Virus record (IMG/VR): IMGVR_UViG_3300032038_000066
Location: 1 to 64,000 of that record
Length of the DNA: 64,000 nt
DNA from: a virus
Direction: 5' to 3' (one strand)
Shown: positions 8,876 to 18,161 of the stretch, piece after piece
How positions within the stretch are numbered: the first letter of the stretch is position 1
Layout: the number at the start of each line of letters is the position of its first letter
The notes under the pieces: generated by a model
The model's database searches: none
Seen by the model: the letters and a program-made list of their open reading frames with translations, nothing else
Told to the model about the DNA's origin: nothing
Translations under genes and position numbers: made by a program

Positions 8876-9616
8876 CTATTGTTTAAAGGCTTTTTCTGGC
8901 ATTGTGGGAAGTTTATAGCCCTCTGTCGCAGTTTTTTCACTCGTTAAACTTGCGTTTTTGATGGCTCCCAGGTCGGGCAATTGATCAGCTTCAAGAGCAA
9001 CAACGCGTTTTGTTTCCCTGGTAACTCCGGGCATGTTCCAGCCGTATTCATGGTTCAGGATTCCAAGTATTCCTACGGGGTTACGTTTAGCCGTTGTAAG
9101 TATGTCTGTTAGGCTATCATGACGAGATTGTTTTATCGTTTTGGCGAAATCAGAGTAAATTTTACTTACGGTATTATCCCCTAACCAGTAATACAGCTCA
9201 TCATAAGACATACCACAAAGACAACTAAAACCCTTAAAAGATACAGCTTTATCATAACAATCGCATAAATAAATATATAAATCTAATAACACTTTTAAAG
9301 CATCAGGATTATAATATAATTTATTCATGGTGTTACCGTATTTAGCCATAACGCTATAATCAGGATTAACAGCTTTAAGACTAGGATTAGACATAAATAA
9401 TTTACGTCCAATAGTTTTTAATACGGCGTTAAATTGTGTTTGTGGCGCTGTGGTTAGATCAGGTATACGTAATTCATCACATACAGAGTCTATATAATAT
9501 CTAATGGATTCTAACCAACTGTCGTATAAATCCATAATGTCGACATTATCAGGGCTGCTATTGCTGCTATTTAATTTATTCAAGTTTGGCAGATTATCCG
9601 CAGAAATTGCACCCAT
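8876..9616 (-). CDS. Hypothetical protein (possibly DNA-packaging or small-terminase-like; not established)
   Basis: 246-aa ORF followed by a terminator. No diagnostic motif. Confidence 0.35.
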   Translation of the reverse strand: MGAISADNLPNLNKLNSSNSSPDNVDIMDLYDSWLESIRYYIDSVCDELRIPDLTTAPQTQFNAVLKTIGRKLFMSNPSLKAVNPDYSVMAKYGNTMNKLYYNPDALKVLLDLYIYLCDCYDKAVSFKGFSCLCGMSYDELYYWLGDNTVSKIYSDFAKTIKQSRHDSLTDILTTAKRNPVGILGILNHEYGWNMPGVTRETKRVVALEADQLPDLGAIKNASLTSEKTATEGYKLPTMPEKAFKQ

Positions 9617-10031
9617 GAAAAAACCCCATATAACACACTTGTTTGTTACTTGTCAACTGTCATGTTTTCCATTTGGTTTGCTGTCGCTCCGCTTCTCATC
9701 ATGTGCGAGCCGTCAAACGCCGGGAAAAAATAAAAGCCCTGCTACACACCCAGGGCATAAACCCCAAGTATATAACAAGGCTTTTCACGTCTTGCATATC
9801 GACTAAGGCACCCGAGACAATCCCGAGCGGCGCACCGTAGCACGCCCAAAAGGCAGCCGATTTATGTTTGTTGATTGCATTATAAAACCAACTTTGCAAA
9901 ATGTCAAACATTTATTTTTTGGCATATGCAAAAAGTTGCGACAGGCGGCACAGAAACGCGCCGCGCCAAATCAGGGCAAAACAGACCGCTAAAAGCATTT
10001 GACGCAATCAGGAACGCCCCAAATGATATTA

Positions 10032-10238
10032 TCAATCAAACGGCACCCGGTCGGGATCGTTTCGTTTTTCTTCTTCCCTATCTAACCATTGTAGAACCAT
10101 TTTAGAAATATCAGCGGTTTTATATCCTAAATCTTTTATGCGTTCCTTTGTTCCCATGGGTAATGTTAAATTTAAAAAGTCGTGTTTACTACGGTAATTA
10201 TCCACCGCCTTTTTGGTATAGCTTTTAGTTTTTGCCAT
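10032..10238 (-). CDS. Small basic protein, possible DNA-binding regulator
   Basis: 68-aa Lys-rich ORF transcribed divergently from the AT-rich promoter region. Confidence 0.35.
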   Translation of the reverse strand: MAKTKSYTKKAVDNYRSKHDFLNLTLPMGTKERIKDLGYKTADISKMVLQWLDREEEKRNDPDRVPFD

Positions 10239-10442
10239 TCTTTACACCTCATTTATATAATTGTTATATATCGCTTTACATATCTGATTATATAACCATA
10301 TCTAAAGAACGTCAATATATTTTTATATATCCCACTATATAACATGATAATATCAGGATACACAAAAACGCCCCATTATATAGAAGAAAAAAGCACAACA
10401 TAATGAATATAAAAATTTATATAAAAATTTATATAAATAGTA

Positions 10443-10475
10443 TTGACAAACACTATAACAAGATATATAATCATA
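10443..10475 (+). promoter_or_regulatory. Consensus sigma-70/sigma-A promoter (TTGACA-17 nt-TATAAT) in an AT-rich region with direct AAATTTATATAA repeats
   Basis: Read directly: TTGACAaacactataacaagataTATAAT, about 115 nt upstream of the ATG at 10593. Two copies of aaatttatataa lie just upstream. Confidence 0.5.
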
Positions 10476-10592
10476 TCAACAACAAACAACAAAGCACCGC
10501 ACCGAAACAAGTACAGACCAGAGACGAGCCAAAGCGCCGGAGCTGATTTAGGAAAGCAAGGTAAGCGGCAAACAAAGAAGGGAGAAAAGATC

Positions 10593-12479
10593 ATGGCAGC
10601 AATCGCAAGAAAAGAATTAAACAACGAACTAAACGGAGTAGAAATATATTTTACAGTATACCCCTTACAGGGCACAAAAGACACATTAAAAAAGAACGGT
10701 TTTAAATGGAATCGCCGTAAATCTTGCTGGTATGCAAAGCAGACCCCTGCAACAATTGACATTGCTAATATCTGCGAAGATACCACTATTACAGAATATA
10801 AGCAGATCGCAAAGCAGACAGGCGAAACCGTAACAGAGATTGACGCGCCCAAGAAGGCAACCGCCCCCAAGAAAGCAACAAAAGCCCCCGTATCAATCAA
10901 CCTTGATAATTTGGGCAAAAATACGCCGAGCTTGAGCGGTGCCGAGCTTGCAAAGGCAATCAGGGAAGACCTAAAAAAAAGAGGCGTTAAGGGCGTAACG
11001 GTAAGAAGTCGCAAAGTGACACATGAAACAGGCATAACAGTAACAATCAAAGCTACTGCGGAAGACTTCGCAAGCGTTGAGGAAATGAAGAAGCGTTATA
11101 CCTTCTCCCATTTTGAGTGCAGGGCGTTAAGTACACACGGATATTTCAACGGCGAAAAATGGGTATATGAAAATGAATACAGCCAAATGACAACCGACGA
11201 AAAACACGCAGAATATAAAAAATTTATTCTCTACAATGGCGCAAAATCTGATATAAACATACATTATCTCATTGATAACAGGGCGGATTATTGGAACCTG
11301 ACAACCGCTTTTTATAACAAGGTTGTTGCAGTGTTCAAGATTGCTAATCAATGGAACTGGAACCACTCCGACAGTATGAGCGATTATTTTGACATAGGTT
11401 ATTTTTTAGATATAGATATTAAAACTCCCGAAGGTTTTACCCTCCGGGAGGAAATGACCGAAGCGGAGAAAGACGCATACACCGCAGAAGTTAAAGCGGA
11501 GCAAGAAGCACAGCAGGCAAGAATCGAAGCATACAAGAAGGAACAAGAAGAAGCAGAGAAGGCAAGAAAAGCCTATGAAGAACAGCACAAAAAAGACATT
11601 GAAACCATAAACAACAATATAACAGTTGTTGACCTTGAAGAAGGCGAGCAGGTATATATTACTGATCTTGTCGGCGGAATTGGTAAAGAATGCAACCTTG
11701 ACGAACTGAACGAAGTAATAGAACGAAACCCCCATAAACAGGATGCAGTTATCACCCGTAAAGTTATCTTTAAGACGGAAGAAGCTTTTAAAATTTTTAC
11801 AAATTATCTTCTTGATGATTTCGACTTTTTACAGGGCAAAGGCGGCACAGGCGCCGAGGATATAAGGCTTGAAGGTGTAACAAATTTATATCAGTTAAAC
11901 ACCGAACAAAGAGAGTCTATAAAGTGGGTTATGGTGGACTGCGTAGCGATTTACAACGGGGAGGAGTTGGAACTTGTAAGCAATCCTGAGGGATACAGTT
12001 ACAGCAGATACACATACAAGTTAAGCCCTACAAGCATTATCAAAGACGCAAGCGAAGAAACCGAGAAGCAGCGCAAGGAAAGCGAAGAAAAAGAGCCGTT
12101 TTATTTTCCGGCACCTGTCAAAGAACAAGCCGAAGCAATCCAAGAAGGCGAACAAATCACAGTATATCAAACAGATGGATGGATTTTAAATAATGTTTAT
12201 GCAGGTTTTGGAACGGTTTTGAAAGTGGAGAATGGCAACTATGCACAATATACGGGTGTTTATATCACCTTTACAAGCGGTAAACAAGTATTTATAAGAG
12301 ATGGTAAAAAATGCCTGATTTATAAGGGTATAAAGCCACTACTCCCCGACAGCATAACAAAAGATACAATCACCGAGCGCATGTATAAATTATTGAATAG
12401 TGACGAACTATTTCCCCGTATCCTGAAATATTACAGAGAACAGGGAGAACAGCCCTTACTTGACACGATACAACGATAA
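10593..12479 (+). CDS. Large (628 aa) coiled-coil-containing protein of unknown function, transcribed against the surrounding genes
   Basis: ATG at 10593 with RBS GGGAGAAAAG. Lys/Ala-rich linker, central EQEAQQARIEAYKKEQEEAEKARKAYEEQ coiled coil and a beta-rich C-terminus. No motif recognised. The track ORF 10443..12479 includes non-coding leader. Confidence 0.6.
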   Translation: MAAIARKELNNELNGVEIYFTVYPLQGTKDTLKKNGFKWNRRKSCWYAKQTPATIDIANICEDTTITEYKQIAKQTGETVTEIDAPKKATAPKKATKAPVSINLDNLGKNTPSLSGAELAKAIREDLKKRGVKGVTVRSRKVTHETGITVTIKATAEDFASVEEMKKRYTFSHFECRALSTHGYFNGEKWVYENEYSQMTTDEKHAEYKKFILYNGAKSDINIHYLIDNRADYWNLTTAFYNKVVAVFKIANQWNWNHSDSMSDYFDIGYFLDIDIKTPEGFTLREEMTEAEKDAYTAEVKAEQEAQQARIEAYKKEQEEAEKARKAYEEQHKKDIETINNNITVVDLEEGEQVYITDLVGGIGKECNLDELNEVIERNPHKQDAVITRKVIFKTEEAFKIFTNYLLDDFDFLQGKGGTGAEDIRLEGVTNLYQLNTEQRESIKWVMVDCVAIYNGEELELVSNPEGYSYSRYTYKLSPTSIIKDASEETEKQRKESEEKEPFYFPAPVKEQAEAIQEGEQITVYQTDGWILNNVYAGFGTVLKVENGNYAQYTGVYITFTSGKQVFIRDGKKCLIYKGIKPLLPDSITKDTITERMYKLLNSDELFPRILKYYREQGEQPLLDTIQR

Positions 12480-12536
12480 CAAAAAGCCCTTGTTACTTTA
12501 ACAGGTGGCAAGGGCATTATATAAAGGGGTGAAAGC

Positions 12537-12674
12537 ATGACAACATACTACTATAAGCACAACGGCAAGGTATACAGAATCAACCTTGCGCCGAGCGAGT
12601 ACAACAGGGAGAACCAAAAGCATACCTTATACAACACAGAATTAGACGCACGGAGGGCAAAGCCGAACAGCTAA
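12537..12674 (+). CDS. Small ORF (45 aa) downstream of the large plus-strand gene
   Basis: RBS aaagggg, 6 nt, then ATG. Protein MTTYYYKHNGKVYRINLAPSEY... Confidence 0.3.
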   Translation: MTTYYYKHNGKVYRINLAPSEYNRENQKHTLYNTELDARRAKPNS

Positions 12675-12679
12675 AACCA

Positions 12680-12960
12680 TATAGAGCCATTCTAACGGCG
12701 TTTGAAACCGTAGGCATACAGACAGCCACAGCGCACCACAGAAACGCCACAGCAAGCCCCAAAACAGCGCACAACGTAAAAAGCTATTTACAAAAGGCGC
12801 GCGCCCGTGCTATTATGAAAGATAACAACCACATAGACGGCACCACAGAAGCCACACACGCGCCATATAAAAGCATTTAAGGCGTTGACCCTATCAGGAG
12901 TACAACCACGGCACCAAAAGCAGACAGACGGCGCGAAGAGGATACACCCCCCATGATACC
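12680..12960 (+). other. A+C-rich, T-poor strand-asymmetric non-coding region with helically phased CCACAG repeats
   Basis: Read directly: the plus strand is almost T-free. CCACAG occurs at 12726, 12736 and 12747 (10-11 bp spacing), and CCACAG/CCACAC again near 12855. The minus-strand ORFs here are Cys/Val-rich nonsense. Confidence 0.3.
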
Positions 12961-13124
12961 AACAGAGATTATACAAAATATTGTTAAATACTCGCGTATG
13001 GTAAACAATGAACTATCAGCGCGCACATGGAAAAACAGCGAACTACAACACGCTTTTGTAAACCTTGCCACATGGACGGATGAACTAGACCGCTTTATCA
13101 TAGCCAACGAAAAAAGCCGACAGC

Positions 13125-13160
13125 CAAAGAATAGCTGTCAGCTTCGTTCCGAAAATTGCT
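13125..13160 (-). terminator. Rho-independent terminator (GACAGC...GCTGTC followed by a T6 run on the minus strand)
   Basis: Hairpin followed by a U-tract, downstream of the minus-strand operon ending at 13307. Confidence 0.4.
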
Positions 13161-13204
13161 GTTCTGTAACTTTTGAAAAATCATGCGCCCACCAGAGCAG
13201 AAAA

Positions 13205-13245
13205 TTTGCAAAAAAGTGGGTCATTTCTGATACCCCATACCCACG
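13205..13245 (-). terminator. Rho-independent terminator (GTGGGT...ACCCAC followed by a T6 run on the minus strand)
   Basis: Second, tandem hairpin followed by a U-tract, downstream of gene 13307..13564. Confidence 0.4.
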
Positions 13246-13306
13246 GGGGGTTCAAATTTTAACGCATTTTTCAAGGGGAAATATTTCAAAAATTTTTTCA
13301 AATTTT

Positions 13307-13564
13307 TTACAACTTGTATTCTGCAAGGAAACCCTCCACCGTAGACATAGCACTCATATAGCCCGTATAGCAATCCTGGCTTTCGCTGATATAGTTAGCC
13401 TTCAAACCTGTTATCATTTCTTTGAGATTGTCTATGGCAAACTCCAATCTTGCCCGTTCCTTTACGCTGAAAATAGCCTCTTGCATAGCCTTGTATTCAC
13501 TTGCGGTCAGAGTGTGGTTATGCTCCATGCGTTTCAAGTCATTCAAAACTGTCTGATTGCTCAT
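13307..13564 (-). CDS. Hypothetical small protein
   Basis: 85-aa ORF at the end of the operon, followed by two terminators. Confidence 0.35.
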   Translation of the reverse strand: MSNQTVLNDLKRMEHNHTLTASEYKAMQEAIFSVKERARLEFAIDNLKEMITGLKANYISESQDCYTGYMSAMSTVEGFLAEYKL

Positions 13565-13572
13565 GCCATCAC

Positions 13573-13821
13573 CTACCCTTGCATCCGTTCCATGTACTTT
13601 AACGCCTGCAATTTGCCGTAGGAAATGCCCTTTTGCCTTGCTTCTTTTGTCAGATCGTCAAAGTTAGTTGTTCCCGGCGGTAAAGCGTTTTTCCGTTCAA
13701 GATACCGTGTTCTCAACCGCGATTTGATAACTTCATCCGCGCAGCTTTCGCAATATTTCTGATTTGCGCCCTTGCGCTCAATCGGCACACCGCAAATCTT
13801 ACATGAAATGATTACACCCAT
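13573..13821 (-). CDS. Small zinc-ribbon protein
   Basis: CKICG...C..C Cys4 arrangement in the N-terminal part. Confidence 0.4.
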   Translation of the reverse strand: MGVIISCKICGVPIERKGANQKYCESCADEVIKSRLRTRYLERKNALPPGTTNFDDLTKEARQKGISYGKLQALKYMERMQG

Positions 13822-14114
13822 TACTCAACTCCCAAAATGTTTATCCCTGTCCGTTTTTCAAGTTCACGGTTCAGATACTTGCACTTAACGTCACCTGTTC
13901 CGATAGCCTCCATCATAGTCATGGCACCCTCACAAGTCGCGCCTATCATATCCTCGTCAACGGCATCATCCAACAGATCATTCATTGTCACAGCCATAGC
14001 AAGTACGCCCGTTTTAAATCCCAATATCTGGTTTTCTATATCCCTCCCCTTAGTACCTTTTGAAAATCTGTTTCCGGGAATGTAATTACTTGTCATTGTC
14101 CTCATACCCCACAA
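13821..14114 (-). CDS. Hypothetical protein
   Basis: 97-aa ORF with start/stop coupling. Confidence 0.35.
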   Translation of the reverse strand: MWGMRTMTSNYIPGNRFSKGTKGRDIENQILGFKTGVLAMAVTMNDLLDDAVDEDMIGATCEGAMTMMEAIGTGDVKCKYLNRELEKRTGINILGVE

Positions 14115-14249
14115 TCTTAGTTCGCAATTCTATTAACTCTTTCAGCCACCTTGCAATCTGCAAATGATAGTTGGCTTCTTTTTCGTCCGTATCCTCTATC
14201 TCGTTCGCTGTCATCATTTCTTTGATTATCGTTTCATCCAGATTCATTC

Positions 14250-14549
14250 TTATCCCTCACTTTCAATTTTTCCTACCCACTTTGGACAGTTTTTAACTTT
14301 AAACATAACAGTATCGCACTCCAATCCTATTGTACATACAGATTCTTCCGCAGTTACAAAACCGGGATAATCAATAACATGCTTACAATTTTTACAAGTA
14401 GAACATCCTTTTTCATTTTTAAATTTGTTATATAATCTTAAATAATGTTCGTTCGCATATTTATCACAAAACATACATTTTAGTTTATTTCTGAAATGAC
14501 CTTCTTCATTTAACCCGTCACAATTATTACAGCAATTAAGTGGTTTCAT
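14250..14549 (-). CDS. Cys-rich small protein (multiple CxxC pairs)
   Basis: CCNNCDG...CMFCDKY...CSTCKNCKH...C..C. Confidence 0.4.
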   Translation of the reverse strand: MKPLNCCNNCDGLNEEGHFRNKLKCMFCDKYANEHYLRLYNKFKNEKGCSTCKNCKHVIDYPGFVTAEESVCTIGLECDTVMFKVKNCPKWVGKIESEG

Positions 14550-14866
14550 TCTTCTTCACCTCTATCTGCTTCTATGATTGTCGGCAATGACATAAGCATA
14601 TCAAATGCTGATTTTACAGTTATAAGAGAATCTGCGCCACCGCATTGCTGATAGAATAATTTCCTATCACATTGTCCGACATCAATCAAGCGTCCATGCT
14701 TCTGCGGAATCTGCGCAACTATCGGGCAATCTTCTGCCTTTTTGCTTGCCATTTCATCCCGATATAGTTTTAACCATTTCGTACACGTATACCCAACTGA
14801 AAGCTTGCACGTTCCGCAGGTTTTCGGCATATCCATATCAACTACGATCATCTTCATCTTCCTCAC
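14546..14866 (-). CDS. Cys-containing small protein
   Basis: 106 aa with CGTCK...C...C. Confidence 0.35.
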   Translation of the reverse strand: MRKMKMIVVDMDMPKTCGTCKLSVGYTCTKWLKLYRDEMASKKAEDCPIVAQIPQKHGRLIDVGQCDRKLFYQQCGGADSLITVKSAFDMLMSLPTIIEADRGEEE

Positions 14867-15206
14867 TTTCTGCCTTGTGCTTGTCGAGAATCTGCAATAC
14901 TTTTACAATTGCCTTGTAATATCCTGCGCTTGGCGGATAACCTAGTTTTTCAAGTTCTACTCGGTCTCTTATCTTGTCAAGAATAGTTTCATCCTTTTGT
15001 TTTAGTAATTCAATAATATAAGCAAAGGCTTCTTGTGCCTTAATATTTTCTTCTATTAAATCTTCATCGTTTCCCCTTAGCTGAACAACCTGAATCCATC
15101 CATCTTGTAGTATTTTTAGTGCTTCTCGACCTGTCACACTTACCCTCCTTATATGATTCCAAAGTATTTTAATAACAAAAATATAAATACGACTATTGCA
15201 CCACAT
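14838..15206 (-). CDS. Hypothetical acidic protein
   Basis: 122-aa ORF. The true start is probably internal. Confidence 0.3.
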   Translation of the reverse strand: MWCNSRIYIFVIKILWNHIRRVSVTGREALKILQDGWIQVVQLRGNDEDLIEENIKAQEAFAYIIELLKQKDETILDKIRDRVELEKLGYPPSAGYYKAIVKVLQILDKHKAESEEDEDDRS

Positions 15207-15352
15207 ACTATAGATGCAACAGACATAAATAAATAGTCACTGCCATCGGCATACTTGTAACCGTCATAGCCAAAGTATACAATAAGTGCAATGATTCTCA
15301 TTAGAAAGTACCCAATTAAGAACGGTACTATGATAACTGCTTTTTCGCTCAT
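15149..15352 (-). CDS. Small two-TM membrane protein
   Basis: 67 aa, hydrophobic. Confidence 0.35.
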   Translation of the reverse strand: MSEKAVIIVPFLIGYFLMRIIALIVYFGYDGYKYADGSDYLFMSVASIVCGAIVVFIFLLLKYFGII

Positions 15353-15361
15353 TATTTATCC

Positions 15362-15547
15362 TCACTTTCTGCCTATGTTATATTTCGTTAAGCAATCCTT
15401 GCATATCTTCTTCTTAACACTTGGCGGACAGCAAGGCGGTAAATTCGTCCACACTTCCGCTTTCCTGTACTTTTCAAGCCAAATATATCTATGACAATCG
15501 GTACAATGAAAAGGGATAAGTGCTATCCGGTTATACTGTGTTTTCAT
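15362..15547 (-). CDS. Small zinc-finger protein
   Basis: CTDCHRY...CCPPSVKKKICKDC. Confidence 0.35.
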   Translation of the reverse strand: MKTQYNRIALIPFHCTDCHRYIWLEKYRKAEVWTNLPPCCPPSVKKKICKDCLTKYNIGRK

Positions 15548-16257
15548 ACTTCCTCGCTTTCTACAAATGGTTCAGGTAATGGCATCCATGCTTTTACTTC
15601 ATTATCAACAATTTTCCTGGCATCATTTACTCGGTTGTCATCGTACCATGTACCATAGTAAAAACAATAAGCATCCGTAACATTTATACGCTCATTAAAT
15701 CTATTAGTAATTTCACAGGTAACGATATAAACTCCTGCCGATTCGGGTAACTTTTCACTAACTGGAATCCACTTACTTGCACACTTGTCACCTTCATAAG
15801 CCGTATCTGTTTCTATGTGTTCAAGCCATTGTTTTACTCTAAATATCGGAATCAAATCTGACCCGTTTGTGTATACTTCCTTATCGTCTTTGAATCCGTA
15901 CAGTTTTGCAAACTCTTCAAAAGAGTCGGGAAACGTCATTTGTTCACCCATTTCATCAACCTCGCTTTCTGCCTTGTCCGCTACCATTTCAAACATATAC
16001 GTATAACCCTTTTTAAATCCGCACTTTTCATAAACATGAATGGCCCTCGGATTGTCAGAGCGCACCCATAAGGATTTATACCCTTGTGCTAACAGTTTCT
16101 TTACAACATCTGTTCCGTAACCTTGGTTCTGATACGGCTCAAAAATAACCAACCTTGCTATCTCATTATGCTCAGGACAAAGCTCCACAGTGCCTACCTT
16201 TGTACCGTTTACAAAGATATCGTGTTCAATAAATGTTTCTGTTTTTTCAATTCTCAT
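15544..16257 (-). CDS. GNAT-family N-acetyltransferase fused to a phage-type DUF551-like C-terminal domain
   Basis: NQGYGTDVVKKLL...LWVRSDNPRAIHVYEKCGF matches the GNAT A/B motifs. The C-terminal WIPVSEKLPESAGVYIVT...YYGTWY resembles DUF551. Confidence 0.5.
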   Translation of the reverse strand: MRIEKTETFIEHDIFVNGTKVGTVELCPEHNEIARLVIFEPYQNQGYGTDVVKKLLAQGYKSLWVRSDNPRAIHVYEKCGFKKGYTYMFEMVADKAESEVDEMGEQMTFPDSFEEFAKLYGFKDDKEVYTNGSDLIPIFRVKQWLEHIETDTAYEGDKCASKWIPVSEKLPESAGVYIVTCEITNRFNERINVTDAYCFYYGTWYDDNRVNDARKIVDNEVKAWMPLPEPFVESEEV

Positions 16258-16287
16258 TCCTTACCCCTCCCTTTTCGTCAGCAAAAA

Positions 16288-16668
16288 TCAGTTGTATGGC
16301 ATTTTATTTGTTATAATCGGCAAAGTACGACAAAGTTTTGCATAGTTTAATTCTGCTTCTAATTTCTTTAATTCTTCTTCTTTTTCTTCCTGCATCTGTT
16401 TTTCTATATTCTCTATTCTTTCAAAAAAATCGTTTAATCTATTATTGATTGCAATCATATCTTTTATATAATTTTTATGGAAAGCATAAATACTATCTTT
16501 TTCTTCAATAGTTCCATCTTTCCAACTTTTAATAATTTTCTCTATCTTGTTACACTTCTCAAACGCTTCAATTGCCTTATCAAACGCCGCTGCATAATCC
16601 ATCGGATACTCCCACTCGACCTCTGCCTTTGCGACTTTGATTATCTCGATTGCTTCTTTGTCTGTCAT
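16288..16668 (-). CDS. Coiled-coil protein
   Basis: 126 aa with heptad-like EKQMQEEKEEELKKLEAEL. Confidence 0.35.
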   Translation of the reverse strand: MTDKEAIEIIKVAKAEVEWEYPMDYAAAFDKAIEAFEKCNKIEKIIKSWKDGTIEEKDSIYAFHKNYIKDMIAINNRLNDFFERIENIEKQMQEEKEEELKKLEAELNYAKLCRTLPIITNKMPYN

Positions 16669-17216
16669 TCTTCACCCCTCATTGCTTTCAATATCTCTTC
16701 AATGCCATCATAATGATTGCCTGTCTTTGTGACTCTCTCCTGACTTAAACCCGAATACACTTGTCCATATCCGCCAAATCCTGTTATCGTTCCATCTTCA
16801 AGGATGCGTGATACTACCACAAAATCATTTGTGTTTTTTATACTAACCTCATCCCCAACCTCGATTTCGCAATCACTCTGCTTTTCTTCGTACTCCTTGA
16901 TTTTGCCAATTGCTTCTTGTGCGGAAAAGTTTTTCAAAATTCCAAAAGGCACATCACCACTTACTCCAAAAATGCGACTTAATATACCTACATCTATTCC
17001 ACCATCGCATATATTTAAAGCTATCTTCTTTGCACATTCCCAAGCGTCATCTACTCCCTGTTGATATGCGTCTTGTGTAGGTACAGGACTCTTATACGCT
17101 TCATCCTTGCCATCTTTATATCCTTGGTCATAGCCTTTATCAAATATATCTCTGTGCAAATTCTGTGTTGTAGACACAAGGTTATCTAATACGTTATAAT
17201 CTTTCATTTCATTCAC
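16665..17216 (-). CDS. Hypothetical protein
   Basis: 183-aa ORF with start/stop coupling. Confidence 0.35.
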   Translation of the reverse strand: MNEMKDYNVLDNLVSTTQNLHRDIFDKGYDQGYKDGKDEAYKSPVPTQDAYQQGVDDAWECAKKIALNICDGGIDVGILSRIFGVSGDVPFGILKNFSAQEAIGKIKEYEEKQSDCEIEVGDEVSIKNTNDFVVVSRILEDGTITGFGGYGQVYSGLSQERVTKTGNHYDGIEEILKAMRGEE

Positions 17217-17995
17217 CCCTTAACCGCATATGTATCAGACCAATCAATAACATTCAGGAACGTCTTATAGGCTATGTAGGCATAGCCACCATTGCACCAT
17301 GACGAACCCCATGAATTTCTTATCTCCAACAGTTCTTTTTTATCGTTATACCCGACAACCACAACCGCATGACCGCCTATACATTTAGCGCCAATCTCTG
17401 CTTTTTTGACGTGGAGCAGAATATCCCGATCATAGTGATACGACTTCCAACACCAATCTAGCGAAGCCGCCACGGGATAGCCACTTGCAAGGGCTTTTTT
17501 TAATTGCGACAGGGATACTATGTGATAGTATTTTGTCACCTCTCGCCCCTTTAATCCGTCAGCATATGCCTCTTTTGACGGCTTTATTTTGAACGGCTTA
17601 TCATTGCCCCAAACCTTGTAATTGCACACGCCTAATTTTCGTGTCACGTCAAGGGCTGTTTCGATGTAACTTCCGCAATCCTCGCTAGTAGGCTCCTTGT
17701 CAAAAATCAGTTGATTGTGATAACAGAAAATCGTTGACGGAACCCAAAAGGTACTGGGTGGATGGTGATAATACGCATCAATAGCCAAAACCGCATTAGC
17801 AGTACAATTTCCGCAATTTTGCTGATAAATTATCCTCGGGAATTTCGGTTTTAAATTCACGCAATCAGGCAGCTTTTCTTTTGCCAAAGCCTGACAGTTC
17901 ACCACCCTGGAAAACTGCCAGTTTGTCGGATTTGGTTTCTTTTTCTTTTTGGCACCGCATCTGTAATCACGCTTCATTTTCGTATTCCTTTTCAA
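17213..17995 (-). CDS. Papain-like (C1 family) cysteine peptidase
   Basis: QQNCGNCTANAV resembles the catalytic-Cys motif QGxCGSCWAF. GGHAVVVVGY supplies the catalytic His and NSWGSSWCNGGY the Asn-Ser-Trp-Gly box. No hydrophobic signal peptide. Confidence 0.55.
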   Translation of the reverse strand: MKRNTKMKRDYRCGAKKKKKPNPTNWQFSRVVNCQALAKEKLPDCVNLKPKFPRIIYQQNCGNCTANAVLAIDAYYHHPPSTFWVPSTIFCYHNQLIFDKEPTSEDCGSYIETALDVTRKLGVCNYKVWGNDKPFKIKPSKEAYADGLKGREVTKYYHIVSLSQLKKALASGYPVAASLDWCWKSYHYDRDILLHVKKAEIGAKCIGGHAVVVVGYNDKKELLEIRNSWGSSWCNGGYAYIAYKTFLNVIDWSDTYAVKG

Positions 17996-18161
17996 ACTCT
18001 TTCAACGTGTTTTTTACCCATTCCCTGTTGTCCTGTTTCAGCGACTCTATAAAGGCGTTGTTTAACGTCTTGCGGTTCCTGACTTCCAAAAACATACTAA
18101 CCGCAAGTTGAATAGTTCTTATAACCTCACAAATTGCTATAACGATTATTGCTTTATTCAT
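17967..18161 (-). CDS. Hypothetical small protein
   Basis: 64-aa ORF. Confidence 0.3.
   Translation of the reverse strand: MNKAIIVIAICEVIRTIQLAVSMFLEVRNRKTLNNAFIESLKQDNREWVKNTLKEFEKEYENEA

Noticed and set aside
12866-12872. GCGCGTG (lactococcal/streptococcal Chi) on the minus strand and other Chi-like words in the A+C-rich region
   Set aside because: A single 7-mer occurrence is expected by chance in 64 kb. No clustering or orientation bias could be assessed.
12953-13621. 222-aa plus-strand ORF
   Set aside because: Its 3' two-thirds run antisense through two plausible minus-strand genes and two terminators. Its 5' third lies in the A+C-rich non-coding segment. Most likely a chance open frame.
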